Assembly (NCBI GenBank): GCA_048882485.1
Contig: JBHLRP010000031.1
Location: 1 to 38,123, forward strand
Length of the DNA stretch: 38,123 nucleotides
Reading direction: 5' to 3'
From: Candidatus Thorarchaeota archaeon
GTDB lineage: Archaea; Asgardarchaeota; Thorarchaeia; Thorarchaeales; Thorarchaeaceae
Shown: one piece after another, positions 18,682-27,534 of the stretch
Numbering within the stretch: position 1 is the first letter of the stretch
Layout of the letters: each line of letters opens with the position of its first letter
Notes under the pieces: model-generated
Database searches by the model: none
Seen by the model: only the letters and a program-made list of their open reading frames with translations
Told to the model about the DNA's origin: nothing
Program-made: the position numbers and the translations under genes

Positions 18682-19590
18682 TTGATCACGATTCTACTAA
18701 TCTGCAGCATCTCTGTCTTCTCGACGAATTCAGTATATATGCCACAGGATAAAGAAGGGATTATAGAGCGCATGGATGTCCCTGCAACCGTTTCAAAAAC
18801 CAATGACATGGATGGTCTAACACTTAGCTCAGATGAATCTTTTCGAGACTGGGCGAATCTAAATGGGTTTCCTGGAGATGGAACTGGCTCAAGTCCATTC
18901 ATCATCGAAGGAATGGTTTTCTCGAATTATTCTAGTCCTCCTAGGGTTCTCGTCGATATTGTTGAAACTTGGTTCGTTTTTAGTGAATGCATTTTCATGT
19001 CAAATGATTCAAGACCTGCCCTCAGCACATTGGGGATTGCGAATGGAGTCTTTTCCGGTTGCGGCTTTTTGGGCGTTGTTGAATACAATTCATCATCAAA
19101 TTGTGTCTTTCATGACTCTCAATTCCTTTTTCCCGTTCAGGCTATTGAATCAAGTGATTCAGTTTTCTACAGCAACGTGTTTGATGATGAAGCGAATGTG
19201 TATGTAGGTTCCTGGGGGATTCCATCCAACAATGTGTCATTTTTCGAGAATGAATTCTATGGAGAATTACATCTTGCAGACGCCACGAACTGTTATGTCA
19301 TTAACAACATCTTTTACTGGCAAGCCATAGATGATGGATCGGATAACTATTGGGATGGAAATGATTACTTCAACTATGATGGAACTGGCCCCTATGAAAT
19401 CCCAGGACTTGCAGGGAGTGTGGATGACAATCCATTCGGGCGCCCAGGCACTACAACAGAGTGGCCTCCACCACTTCCACCGCCTCCAAACGGGGATTTT
19501 GGGATAGATTCGCTCTTGTTCCAGGTCATAATTATGGAACTTGTGATTATAGCAATAATTCTCTTCACGAGAAGACAGCGCGTTCAATAG
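18682..19590 (+). CDS. Secreted, C-terminally anchored parallel beta-helix (NosD/CASH-like) protein
   Basis: N-terminal hydrophobic signal, PGDGTGSSPFIIE, Asn/Phe-rich repeats, DDGSDNYWDGN, Pro-rich linker, TM segment and RRQR tail. Confidence 0.72.
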   Translation: MITILLICSISVFSTNSVYMPQDKEGIIERMDVPATVSKTNDMDGLTLSSDESFRDWANLNGFPGDGTGSSPFIIEGMVFSNYSSPPRVLVDIVETWFVFSECIFMSNDSRPALSTLGIANGVFSGCGFLGVVEYNSSSNCVFHDSQFLFPVQAIESSDSVFYSNVFDDEANVYVGSWGIPSNNVSFFENEFYGELHLADATNCYVINNIFYWQAIDDGSDNYWDGNDYFNYDGTGPYEIPGLAGSVDDNPFGRPGTTTEWPPPLPPPPNGDFGIDSLLFQVIIMELVIIAIILFTRRQRVQ

Positions 19591-19725
19591 CATCGGCACG
19601 GTGTTGTCATTGCTCCGAGCAGCGTATTTATTGAGTAATTGATGGAAAATTCTAAAAGCTCACTAGAGTATAGCTTCACAAATCAGCGATTAATTGTAGT
19701 TTCGTGAAATACGGAGGGACTGCTC

Positions 19726-20685
19726 TTGACTCATCTTCGGAATCTGGATGTGGCATTGCTATTCTGCTGCATAATCCTTTTCTCAGCTTCCTCAGTCTAT
19801 GCACCACAAACTCAAGATAATAGCGAAACTTCAACCGACCTACCCTCAATCACATCGCAATACAATAATATAGATCCCGTGAGCATTGACTCTGATAATG
19901 CGCTCCAAGCATTTGCGAGCCAGTTTGCTCTCTCAGGAGATGGTAGTTTCGAAACGCCATATTATTTTACAAGACTGAACATCACAGGCCTATCTGGTCC
20001 AACTCTACAAGTTTCTAATATTAGACATACTTGGTTCACCTTTGATGATTGCATGTTTCAGACCGATCCATCGCATATTGCCTTGGAGATATTCAACGTT
20101 ACAAAAGGCCATTTCGCGAATTGCTTTGTATCTGGAGCCATATACCATAACGATTCTGATTTCAATGTCATTATGCGTTCATACATCAGGGGCGCAGTTT
20201 ACATTGAGGACTCGTTGCATACAGGACTCTATCACAACACATTTGCTGTGGATTCTCCTGTATTCGTCATGTCGTTCTCTATCCTATCAACCAATGTGTC
20301 CTTTTACGATAGCAACTTTCTTTCGGAATTGGACCTCTTGGATTGCACTGAATGCTACGTTATGAACAACAGATTCTTCACTTCAGTCCGCGACAATGGA
20401 TATGCAAATACATGGGATGGCAATAGCTACGTAGACTATGTTGGAGTAGGACCGTACCTTATTCTCGGAACCGCCGGGAGCATCGATGACAATCCAAGTG
20501 CTCTTGAAACGAGCACGATAATATGGCCAGGATCCACAACTACGTCCACATCAGGAATTAGGACTACTACGACAGCTAGTAGTCTTACCGATAATCCATT
20601 TGATGATGTTCTCTTGGGAATGATTGGCATAGAGATAGTTGTAGTGATACTGATTGTCAACATCAGGAAACAGAGTGGTCAGTAA
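19726..20685 (+). CDS. Tandem paralog: anchored parallel beta-helix protein
   Basis: SGDGSFETPY, TWFTF..C.F, DNGYANTWDGN, GSIDDNP, Thr-rich linker, TM segment and RKQ tail; colinear with 18682..19590. Confidence 0.72.
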   Translation: MTHLRNLDVALLFCCIILFSASSVYAPQTQDNSETSTDLPSITSQYNNIDPVSIDSDNALQAFASQFALSGDGSFETPYYFTRLNITGLSGPTLQVSNIRHTWFTFDDCMFQTDPSHIALEIFNVTKGHFANCFVSGAIYHNDSDFNVIMRSYIRGAVYIEDSLHTGLYHNTFAVDSPVFVMSFSILSTNVSFYDSNFLSELDLLDCTECYVMNNRFFTSVRDNGYANTWDGNSYVDYVGVGPYLILGTAGSIDDNPSALETSTIIWPGSTTTSTSGIRTTTTASSLTDNPFDDVLLGMIGIEIVVVILIVNIRKQSGQ

Positions 20686-20902
20686 TGCGGCCTATGTTGA
20701 GGCTGGACTATCTAGAATTCATTTCTAGACTAGATATATGATAGCGAAAACCTCTCTCTGGATCCAATCCGAATCAGCAAGTTCCTACTACTCTTGGAAT
20801 TCTCGGAAAGAAACCATTTGCCAAGAGAGGACTGCTGGCCATCTGCCAAGCCCATACTATTTATCCATGAAAGTAAAATGAATAAGTAGTAAGAATGGAA
20901 CC

Positions 20903-21553
20903 ATGGTAGGTCAGGGATTTATGCTGATTCAATCTGTTTACACATTCCCACTAGGTATGGTGGCTATGGGCCTCGGCTTCTTGATACTCTATCTGCTATG
21001 TTCAAGCTGTTCGGGAAAGAAACCTGAGGACATTGGTGTGCTTGAAAGAGAGAGGGAAACCTACATTCCTTCTAGGGAAAAGACATGGACAACTGAAGAA
21101 GAACGACCAACTGCTCCAACGCGGAAGCCTAGGATGACCCCCTTTCCATCCATAGCTGAAGCCACTGCGGAACCAAGCGGAGACTTCAAACCGGAGAGAA
21201 TGGATCCAGTACTTTTTGAAAAGCTACTTGATGACATGACCAGCAGCGCCTTCACTTTTGAGATAGAGGGACTGACCACACCTGAGTTGAGAGATAAGAT
21301 AGGCAAGATACTTCGGGATTATGGATTTACAATTGTGAGGAATATCATTGAGGATGAAACTGCCTCACGAATTGAGGTGAAGATTGGCGGTTGGACTAGA
21401 CAAATCAGTACCGACAAGGGGTTGGGTGTCAGGATTACCCTAAAAGGAGTACCTGAAAGGGAGAAAGCATTTTGCCACATGACTGTTTCAGCAGAAGACA
21501 GGAGTCTGGTGCTTCCAACTATCAACGAACTGAGAAAGAGGATAATATCCTAA
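20903..21553 (+). CDS. Single-pass membrane protein with a C-terminal domain resembling the adaptin/coatomer appendage platform subdomain
   Basis: N-terminal TM, Pro/Thr/charged linker, then a ~120-aa alpha/beta domain. The ORF is solid; the domain call is by eye only. Confidence 0.45.
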   Translation: MVGQGFMLIQSVYTFPLGMVAMGLGFLILYLLCSSCSGKKPEDIGVLERERETYIPSREKTWTTEEERPTAPTRKPRMTPFPSIAEATAEPSGDFKPERMDPVLFEKLLDDMTSSAFTFEIEGLTTPELRDKIGKILRDYGFTIVRNIIEDETASRIEVKIGGWTRQISTDKGLGVRITLKGVPEREKAFCHMTVSAEDRSLVLPTINELRKRIIS

Positions 21554-21570
21554 GCCCTCAAGGCTGAGAG

Positions 21571-21624
21571 TAAAAAAGAAGAACGAGGAAAGGGAGCTTT
21601 CGCTCACCTCTCCTTTTGTATTTT
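21571..21624 (-). terminator. Stem-loop (GAAA tetraloop) plus U-tract between convergent genes
   Basis: Minus strand AGGAGAGG-U-GAGC GAAA GCUC-CCUUUCCU followed by UUCUUCUUUUUU; also T-rich on the plus side. Confidence 0.65.
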
Positions 21625-22446
21625 CTATTGTCCTAGCTTCTCTGCAATCCTACTCATACCGTAGATGTACAGAATGATCAACAGAATTGCAGCGAGGTTT
21701 CCGTCGCCTACCGCAGACATTCCTGAAAAGAAGGCTATTGATGTTGGGAATGATACTGCACCCCAGGCATTTAGGCCTAAGTAGTAGGTCACATTATAGG
21801 TGATACCTAGAAGGAAGACCAATACCATGAGAATGTAGAAAATCTTTGCCAAATCGCCAAAGAATTTCCCTGCTGTTTCACCGGTATACATCTTGAGGAG
21901 TTTGAATAGACCATACATGAACAGGATGATGCCGAAAGCCACAAACAAGCCGCCACCTATGTAGAGGAATGGGGGCATTATATGGTTGATGCTCGTCGTT
22001 CCAATGAAGTCATCTAGGACCCAGTTGGCATAGAAGCCGGCAGCGAGGATGATAAAGAGACCCTTCAGTATGTGAAAGATGTTCTTAATCAAATCCCAAT
22101 TGCTCATTCTTGGTTCCAGGATTGGACCTAGGAAGAATAGCAAACCGACAATTAGGATCATGACCGCCGCTGCTGATGCTGTTGGTTCAACAAGCAGCCA
22201 GACTATTGAATTGACAATAATAGCGAGGCCTAATACGATCCATGCCATGTTCTCTTGGCCTATTGCATAGTATAGGGGGAATAATAGCCCCAATACAAGT
22301 GCAAAGTAGTAGACCCAAACCTCTGCACCCATCCCTGACGCATATGACGATAGCGCAGTCCACGGAGTGTAAAGCAAGTAGAACAGCGCCAAAGCAACTG
22401 CGGACAGGTACAAGATTATGGTCTTGAAGTCCATTTCTTCACTCAA
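21625..22446 (-). CDS. Hypothetical polytopic membrane protein (~8 TM)
   Basis: Successive hydrophobic segments; GAGGTG upstream of the TTG start; no family motif recognised. Confidence 0.8.
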   Translation of the reverse strand: MSEEMDFKTIILYLSAVALALFYLLYTPWTALSSYASGMGAEVWVYYFALVLGLLFPLYYAIGQENMAWIVLGLAIIVNSIVWLLVEPTASAAAVMILIVGLLFFLGPILEPRMSNWDLIKNIFHILKGLFIILAAGFYANWVLDDFIGTTSINHIMPPFLYIGGGLFVAFGIILFMYGLFKLLKMYTGETAGKFFGDLAKIFYILMVLVFLLGITYNVTYYLGLNAWGAVSFPTSIAFFSGMSAVGDGNLAAILLIILYIYGMSRIAEKLGQ

Positions 22447-22686
22447 TAAAACTCACACCTCTATTGGCCCGTAAGCCACTATAGTTAAGTTTCTACACGC
22501 ACGGCAGCTTATATGGGTGATGATATATCGCCGAAAATCGATACGACAAAAGCCGAATATACATGCCAATCTTCGATTAAACGTACATTTTGCGCCTGAT
22601 TGGCGCCAGTCGAATGCTAACATGTTTCTAATTCCAATTAATCAACTCATATCATTATTAGGAAGGTTCATCCTACGTTTCTTCTC

Positions 22687-23601
22687 ATGCAGACTGGCTC
22701 TGATCTCTATGCCATAGGAGTTTTGAGTGCATTAGGAGCCACTCTTATTTTTGGCATCACTAATGTGGTATACAGGAAATTCGATGAAGACCTTAGCGCG
22801 CTTGATATCACCTTTTCTCGAATTTGGGTCAGTCTTCTGCCGGCATATTTCTTCGCAGTGTTGTCCGCTGGCACTTTTGAGTTAGAAGTCCCGCCGCAGT
22901 CTATGTTTCCGCTTGCCATTTCGATGATTCTGGGAATCGTCGTAGGGGACACTGTCTACTTTCTCAGCCAGGAGCGGATAGGAGTAGCTAGAGCCTTCCC
23001 AATAGCCATGAGCTATCCATTGGTAGTCTATCTTCTTGCAGCATTGTTCCTTCAAGAACCAATTATACTCCAGAGAGTAATTGGGGCGATTCTCGTTGTG
23101 ATTGGTGTTGCAGCAATAGCAAGAAAAGGCAAATCGGATGAGACCTTGAAAGAGTCAATTGCTGATGACAGAAAGAAGAGAGTGGGGGTTTTTCTTGCAT
23201 TTCTAACCGTCTGCCTATGGGCAATGAGCGACGTAATCTTCCAATTTGGGCTTACAGGCATCGGAGCAGCTGAAGCTAATTTCTTCCGGATGCTAGTGGC
23301 TTCTATAGTCTTGATTCCCGTCTTCTTCATCGCACAGGCAAAAGGCAAGCCTCTACCTAACAGGCGCATAGCAATAATCGCACTAGTTACCGGTGTCTTT
23401 AGCATAGGACTGAGTCTCATTCTATATAGCTATGCGGTGAAGTTTGTGGGGGCAACAATTACCTCTGTATTGGTAGCTTCTGCACCAATCTTCACTGCAC
23501 CCCTGTCGGCCATATATCTCAAAGAAGAAATGGATGTCAAGGTAATAGCCGGCACGATACTGACCGTGATAGGCGTTATCCTAGTTGTCATGATCTTTTG
23601 A
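22687..23601 (+). CDS. EamA/DMT family transporter (paralog of 13221..14123)
   Basis: Two EamA repeats; GDTVYFLSQERIGVARAFPIAMSYP and AVKFVGATI. Confidence 0.9.
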   Translation: MQTGSDLYAIGVLSALGATLIFGITNVVYRKFDEDLSALDITFSRIWVSLLPAYFFAVLSAGTFELEVPPQSMFPLAISMILGIVVGDTVYFLSQERIGVARAFPIAMSYPLVVYLLAALFLQEPIILQRVIGAILVVIGVAAIARKGKSDETLKESIADDRKKRVGVFLAFLTVCLWAMSDVIFQFGLTGIGAAEANFFRMLVASIVLIPVFFIAQAKGKPLPNRRIAIIALVTGVFSIGLSLILYSYAVKFVGATITSVLVASAPIFTAPLSAIYLKEEMDVKVIAGTILTVIGVILVVMIF

Positions 23602-23745
23602 CGGTTTACTGATGTTTCCCCATATGTGCGGAAATATGGGAAAATGGAAGATTCTGATTCACCTTCTGGATTTCCCGCTCTTTCTTAATACGTTAATAGT
23701 CAGCTTTTAGAAGGAGATAATGAATGCAGTTTGAAGTTGGTCTTG

Positions 23746-24936
23746 ATGAAAATAAGACGAGCAACGGAAGACGATTTTGATACAATTGCTGAACTTGAAA
23801 GGTATGTTTACAGCTTGCCACCAGATTACATAGAAATGAGCCGAGAGCGATTTCCATACACATTCGATGATCACTATTTACTTGAGGATGATGAGATAGC
23901 TGTTGCATCATCACGACTCATTCCTCTTCAACAAAATCTTCGCGGCACATGGAAAAAGATGGGTGCCATAGCAATGGTTACAAGCTATCCGGAAACCCGT
24001 AGAAGGGGGCACATTCGCAAACTCATGAATTATATGTTTCAAGCCATGCACGACGATGGATATGCATCAAGCGTGCTATATCCATTCAAAGACACTTTCT
24101 ACGGTGCATTTGGGTATGTCAACTGTCCACCGAGGCTCCGAGTGATTGCCAACCCTTCTCACCTCAGCAGATGGCAGCTCCCAGAGGGGTATAGTGTCAA
24201 GCGGTTGTCTATGAAGGAAGCTTCAGATTTCTACAAGAGCTTGTACAAAGCAATCGGTGCCGAAACACATGGTGCTACAGCCAGAAGCGAGAAACGCTGG
24301 AATGAACTAACTACAGCTTCAAGAATAGAGATTGCGGCCGTGTTTGGACCAACTGGCAATCCCGAAGGTATAATGCTCTATCAGCACAAAGGATTTTCTG
24401 ATTTCTTGGGGGACGCCAATGTTGGATCAATGACCGTCAGAGAGTGGTACTGGAGCAACAATTCAGCAAAAAGCGCTTTGCTGAATTTCGTTTATCTTCA
24501 TGCAGATCAATTAGTCCGAGCAACTCTTCCTGCCAATCCACTGAAAGATGATTACTATCAATGGATTGAGGGACGAAACATCCTAGAGCTCAAGACTGGA
24601 CTTACCTATATGGCCCGCTGCATAGATGTGCAAAACGCATTAGAAGGCCTTCCAGCAAAGAGCGATGGTCAACTTACATTTCAAGTCACGGATCCACTCT
24701 GCAAATGGAATAATCAAACATTCTGGGTTGACGCAAGTGGTGGAAGTATGAAAGTGGAACCAATTGGTGAAGCAGAAACCAGCACATCTCTGACTATCGA
24801 GGGAATTTCAGCACTGCTCTATGGAACATTGAATGCGGATGACCTTACATCATACAGCTGGATTTCAGGAAATGTACCGGGTCTACTCAAAGACTGGTTT
24901 CCAAAGAAATACATCTGGATGTATGAAGATTTCTAA
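23746..24936 (+). CDS. Eis-like GNAT acetyltransferase with C-terminal SCP2-like domain
   Basis: MKIRRAT start, V.SYPETRRRGH acetyl-CoA motif, LYPF...FYGAFGY, YMARCIDV, V.DPLC.WN and terminal EDF. Confidence 0.88.
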   Translation: MKIRRATEDDFDTIAELERYVYSLPPDYIEMSRERFPYTFDDHYLLEDDEIAVASSRLIPLQQNLRGTWKKMGAIAMVTSYPETRRRGHIRKLMNYMFQAMHDDGYASSVLYPFKDTFYGAFGYVNCPPRLRVIANPSHLSRWQLPEGYSVKRLSMKEASDFYKSLYKAIGAETHGATARSEKRWNELTTASRIEIAAVFGPTGNPEGIMLYQHKGFSDFLGDANVGSMTVREWYWSNNSAKSALLNFVYLHADQLVRATLPANPLKDDYYQWIEGRNILELKTGLTYMARCIDVQNALEGLPAKSDGQLTFQVTDPLCKWNNQTFWVDASGGSMKVEPIGEAETSTSLTIEGISALLYGTLNADDLTSYSWISGNVPGLLKDWFPKKYIWMYEDF

Positions 24937-24942
24937 TGTGAT

Positions 24943-24977
24943 AGGAACAGCGGAACTGCCATAGGTTCCGCATTCCT
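24943..24977. terminator. Stem-loop between convergent genes
   Basis: AGGAA..GCGGAAC / GTTCCGC.TTCCT inverted repeat. Confidence 0.5.
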
Positions 24978-24984
24978 GTATAAC

Positions 24985-25662
24985 TTACTGACTACGAGAG
25001 GCACCTACTCGCAGTTGGGTATGCTTGAAGTCTTTTGGCTTGTCACGAGAGGATAATTGCCTTTTGAGACGCTCGTAGTCCTTTTCACAATTCGATTCCA
25101 ATTGGAATCTCGTCCACTTTAGCTTGATTTCCTTATCCGTGAATACATCTATGTCCTTGGGTCCTGCAATCAAGTCAATGTCGGGCTGTATCCCGAGTTT
25201 CTCAAGTGCTTCTTCCAAGAATCCTCCACCCAAAAGGAGCCAAACCTCAGAATCCTCATCAAACCAAACGTCAATCACATTACCAATTTTGAAGCCATCC
25301 GAATCAATGACTTTCGCCTTTGAAATCTGAGATAGTCTTCTGTCATTCTCGGTGATAACGTCCTCACAAAGAGTTGAGCATAGAGTCTCTCCATCCACTG
25401 TCAATGTGACTTTGTCCTTTTCAATAACATCAATATTGTCGACGCTGAAAATTGGATCATCATCCGGTCGAACTCCGAGCGACTCCAGCAGTTCTTCCAG
25501 TCTCGTTCCTCCAACTATGATTGATTTTGGAATTAGTCTGTTCTCCCTAATTGTGAAGATGAAATCGATAATTTTCCCAAGAGTCTCTCCCTTTGAATCT
25601 ACAACAGGCTTCTTCTTGATCTCGCTGTATTTCACATCGATACATTTCTGCACGCAGTACAC
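24985..25662 (-). CDS. Tandem PRC-barrel domain protein (alternative start GTG 25635)
   Basis: Two repeats: SEIKKKPVVDSKGETLGKIIDF and SQISKAKVIDSDGFKIGNVIDV, each followed by GG.xLEE.LE.LG..PD.D. Confidence 0.85.
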   Translation of the reverse strand: MYCVQKCIDVKYSEIKKKPVVDSKGETLGKIIDFIFTIRENRLIPKSIIVGGTRLEELLESLGVRPDDDPIFSVDNIDVIEKDKVTLTVDGETLCSTLCEDVITENDRRLSQISKAKVIDSDGFKIGNVIDVWFDEDSEVWLLLGGGFLEEALEKLGIQPDIDLIAGPKDIDVFTDKEIKLKWTRFQLESNCEKDYERLKRQLSSRDKPKDFKHTQLRVGASRSQ

Positions 25663-25759
25663 CTCAGCTTGTTAACGATAGTGAAGATGTATATAGACTT
25701 ATCTATCTATATTATAGAGCCACGGGAACTCTCTCTCCCTTAATAGTTTCTGCTTTGAA

Positions 25760-25808
25760 GAGAGATAGAAAGAAATGAGCCCAAAAGGGCTCGCAGCTTT
25801 GCGAAAAG
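25760..25808 (-). terminator. Stem-loop plus pyrimidine tract downstream of the 100-aa gene
   Basis: GAGCCC-N4-GGGCTC at 25777-25792, followed on the minus strand by AUUUCUUUCUAUCUCUCUU. Confidence 0.55.
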
Positions 25809-25809
25809 C

Positions 25810-26112
25810 CTAATAGACTTCTCGGGGACTCTGTCGCAGTCTGTCTGGCAGTTGCCCGCCCTCACCTAGGACTTCCAGTTCATGGTCTCGGCCATAACGA
25901 CCGCCATCACCGAAAAGAAAGCCAGTCTTCTGAATCCCGCGAGCTTGGCGTTCAGCTGCTCTTCTGATGATCATTCCAACATTTGAGGGTACAGACATCA
26001 GCATCTTTTTCTGAGCTTCATCGATAACTAGCAGGATGGTGTCATCACTAGTTGTCCTAGTGGTTTCATGAAACTGCGAGTCGTTTTGGTTAAACTCCAG
26101 GTAGTACGGCAT
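25810..26112 (-). CDS. Small protein with a putative single gelsolin/ADF-H-like domain
   Basis: GGAGG ribosome-binding site; SDDTILLVID, KKMLMSVP, long helix IIRRAAERQARGI and LEVLGEG...P follow the gelsolin-domain element order. Confidence 0.5.
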   Translation of the reverse strand: MPYYLEFNQNDSQFHETTRTTSDDTILLVIDEAQKKMLMSVPSNVGMIIRRAAERQARGIQKTGFLFGDGGRYGRDHELEVLGEGGQLPDRLRQSPREVY

Positions 26113-26189
26113 CCGGGTCTAATCCTCCATAGGGGAGACTAGTTGATTCTTTGTTGGATGCCATATATACATTATTTGCGTGAGTACTT

Positions 26190-26879
26190 CTATGTGGGCA
26201 ATAGATGCGCAGTACCACAATGTGCGCACACGACAGCTTCTTCATAGGGTTCTGGTAGTGGCAGAGGAGCACCACAGTTCTGGCATTTCAGCCCCCTAAT
26301 ATCGGATCGTTCCTCAACTGGGATTTCCAGGCGAAAGACTTTCTGAGCTACATCACGTAGGGTTTTCCCGATTTTTCCAGCTGCCTTCGCGACCGCATCA
26401 GTTTCAGAGTCTGAGAGCGAACCTAGCCCTACAGCCTTGAAGAAGTTATCAATAGCCCTGCCTATCCTTCCGAATATCGAACCAGCTTTCCAGGACAGCA
26501 CATCGCTAACGTGCAATTCTGCTAGCTCATCGTCTGGATGACCCAGAATCTGATATCCTCGTTTCCATTCAATACGGTCAGATCTCGTTGATGACAATTG
26601 CTGACCGCAGCTGGGACAGCCCAGCCTCCAATCTGGTTTCCGAAACCAGCCTTTGCTGATCTTCATCTCTCCTGTATCGTACCAACACCTCTTGTGGGCA
26701 ACTTTGCCACAGTTGGGACAAGAGAAAAGATAGTACTTATCCGGCTTTGCTTTTTGCTCTCTTCCAGCAGGGAGTTGAAGATAGGCGAGATCGTTAGGCG
26801 TGTTATTCAGAAGGTACTTCCCGCAGATGAAACAAGTCTTACCATCATACTTGCCCATCTTGTCAACTGGCACTCTCAT
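26190..26879 (-). CDS. C4HC3 (PHD/RING-variant-like) finger protein with C-terminal C4 zinc ribbon
   Basis: CFIC...CPNC-x4-H-x2-C...CPSC, then CQNC...CAHC. Confidence 0.8.
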   Translation of the reverse strand: MRVPVDKMGKYDGKTCFICGKYLLNNTPNDLAYLQLPAGREQKAKPDKYYLFSCPNCGKVAHKRCWYDTGEMKISKGWFRKPDWRLGCPSCGQQLSSTRSDRIEWKRGYQILGHPDDELAELHVSDVLSWKAGSIFGRIGRAIDNFFKAVGLGSLSDSETDAVAKAAGKIGKTLRDVAQKVFRLEIPVEERSDIRGLKCQNCGAPLPLPEPYEEAVVCAHCGTAHLLPT

Positions 26880-27001
26880 CTTTCATGCCTCACGCAGGGC
26901 TGGTTCATTTTGGCTTAAAGCCCTTCGCACTCATGCCACCAAGAACCACGAAGTTATTCAGTGGGATTGTTGAGGACACGTGCCTACGAGTGATGAAGTT
27001 A

Positions 27002-27349
27002 ATGTCAGATACACCCTGCACACTTCGACTCCCGGATATTCAAGAGGACTATATCGTTGGAGGAAAAGCTGCTAGTCTGGCTCGGCTTATCAACAGAGGT
27101 GTGAACGTGCCAAAGGGATTTGTGATAACTATCAAGGGAGACACTGATTTAATGGCTGAAGGAAATCTTGGAGATGCAATTGATGACAATCTCAGCAACG
27201 TGGACTATGACGACCCTCAGACAATTGAAAGCGCTGCCAAGAGTATTGAAACAATGATTCTGGACCAAAGGATGCTAAATAAGCTGCTTGTGGCTGTAAA
27301 GAAAGCGTTTTCTGAAATGCGGGAAGGTCCTGTAGCAGTAGGATCATGA
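27002..27349 (+). pseudogene. ppsA: N-terminal fragment of a PEP synthase/pyruvate,water dikinase
   Basis: VGGKAASL, GVNVPKGFVIT, ending VAVGS-stop where the family has VAVRSS...ED...SFAG; no continuation recognised downstream. Confidence 0.75.
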
Positions 27350-27534
27350 ATTTCGGGATGACGGTCTATTCCCCTTGAGAACAGAAATGGAACTAGTAGA
27401 TGCGAATGGGGAGGGCGGGTATGGGGCTTATGAAACCCTGAGGAAAGAAAAGTAGACCGTGACAAGAGTGGAACGGCGTAATAGTGACTCATATTAACAT
27501 GTAGAGATTACACAGAGATGAGAGGATTCAGCGT

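Noticed and set aside
20711-20729. Dyad TCTAGAA-N5-TTCTAGA after the second beta-helix gene (similar isolated dyad at 23619-23640)
   Set aside because: Single short occurrences; cannot be distinguished from chance or a weak terminator.
26885-27001. ORF-track N-terminal extensions (also 7944, 16244, 23731, 31931, 35153)
   Set aside because: Downstream starts have better RBS spacing or match family N-termini, and some extensions overlap neighbours or promoter space.
27347-27463. SECIS or C/D-box RNA after the ppsA TGA (AUGA...UGA around a stem)
   Set aside because: The enclosed region is about 80 nt, the pairing register does not fit a tandem G-A core, the TGA is not at a Cys position and another in-frame TGA follows four codons later.
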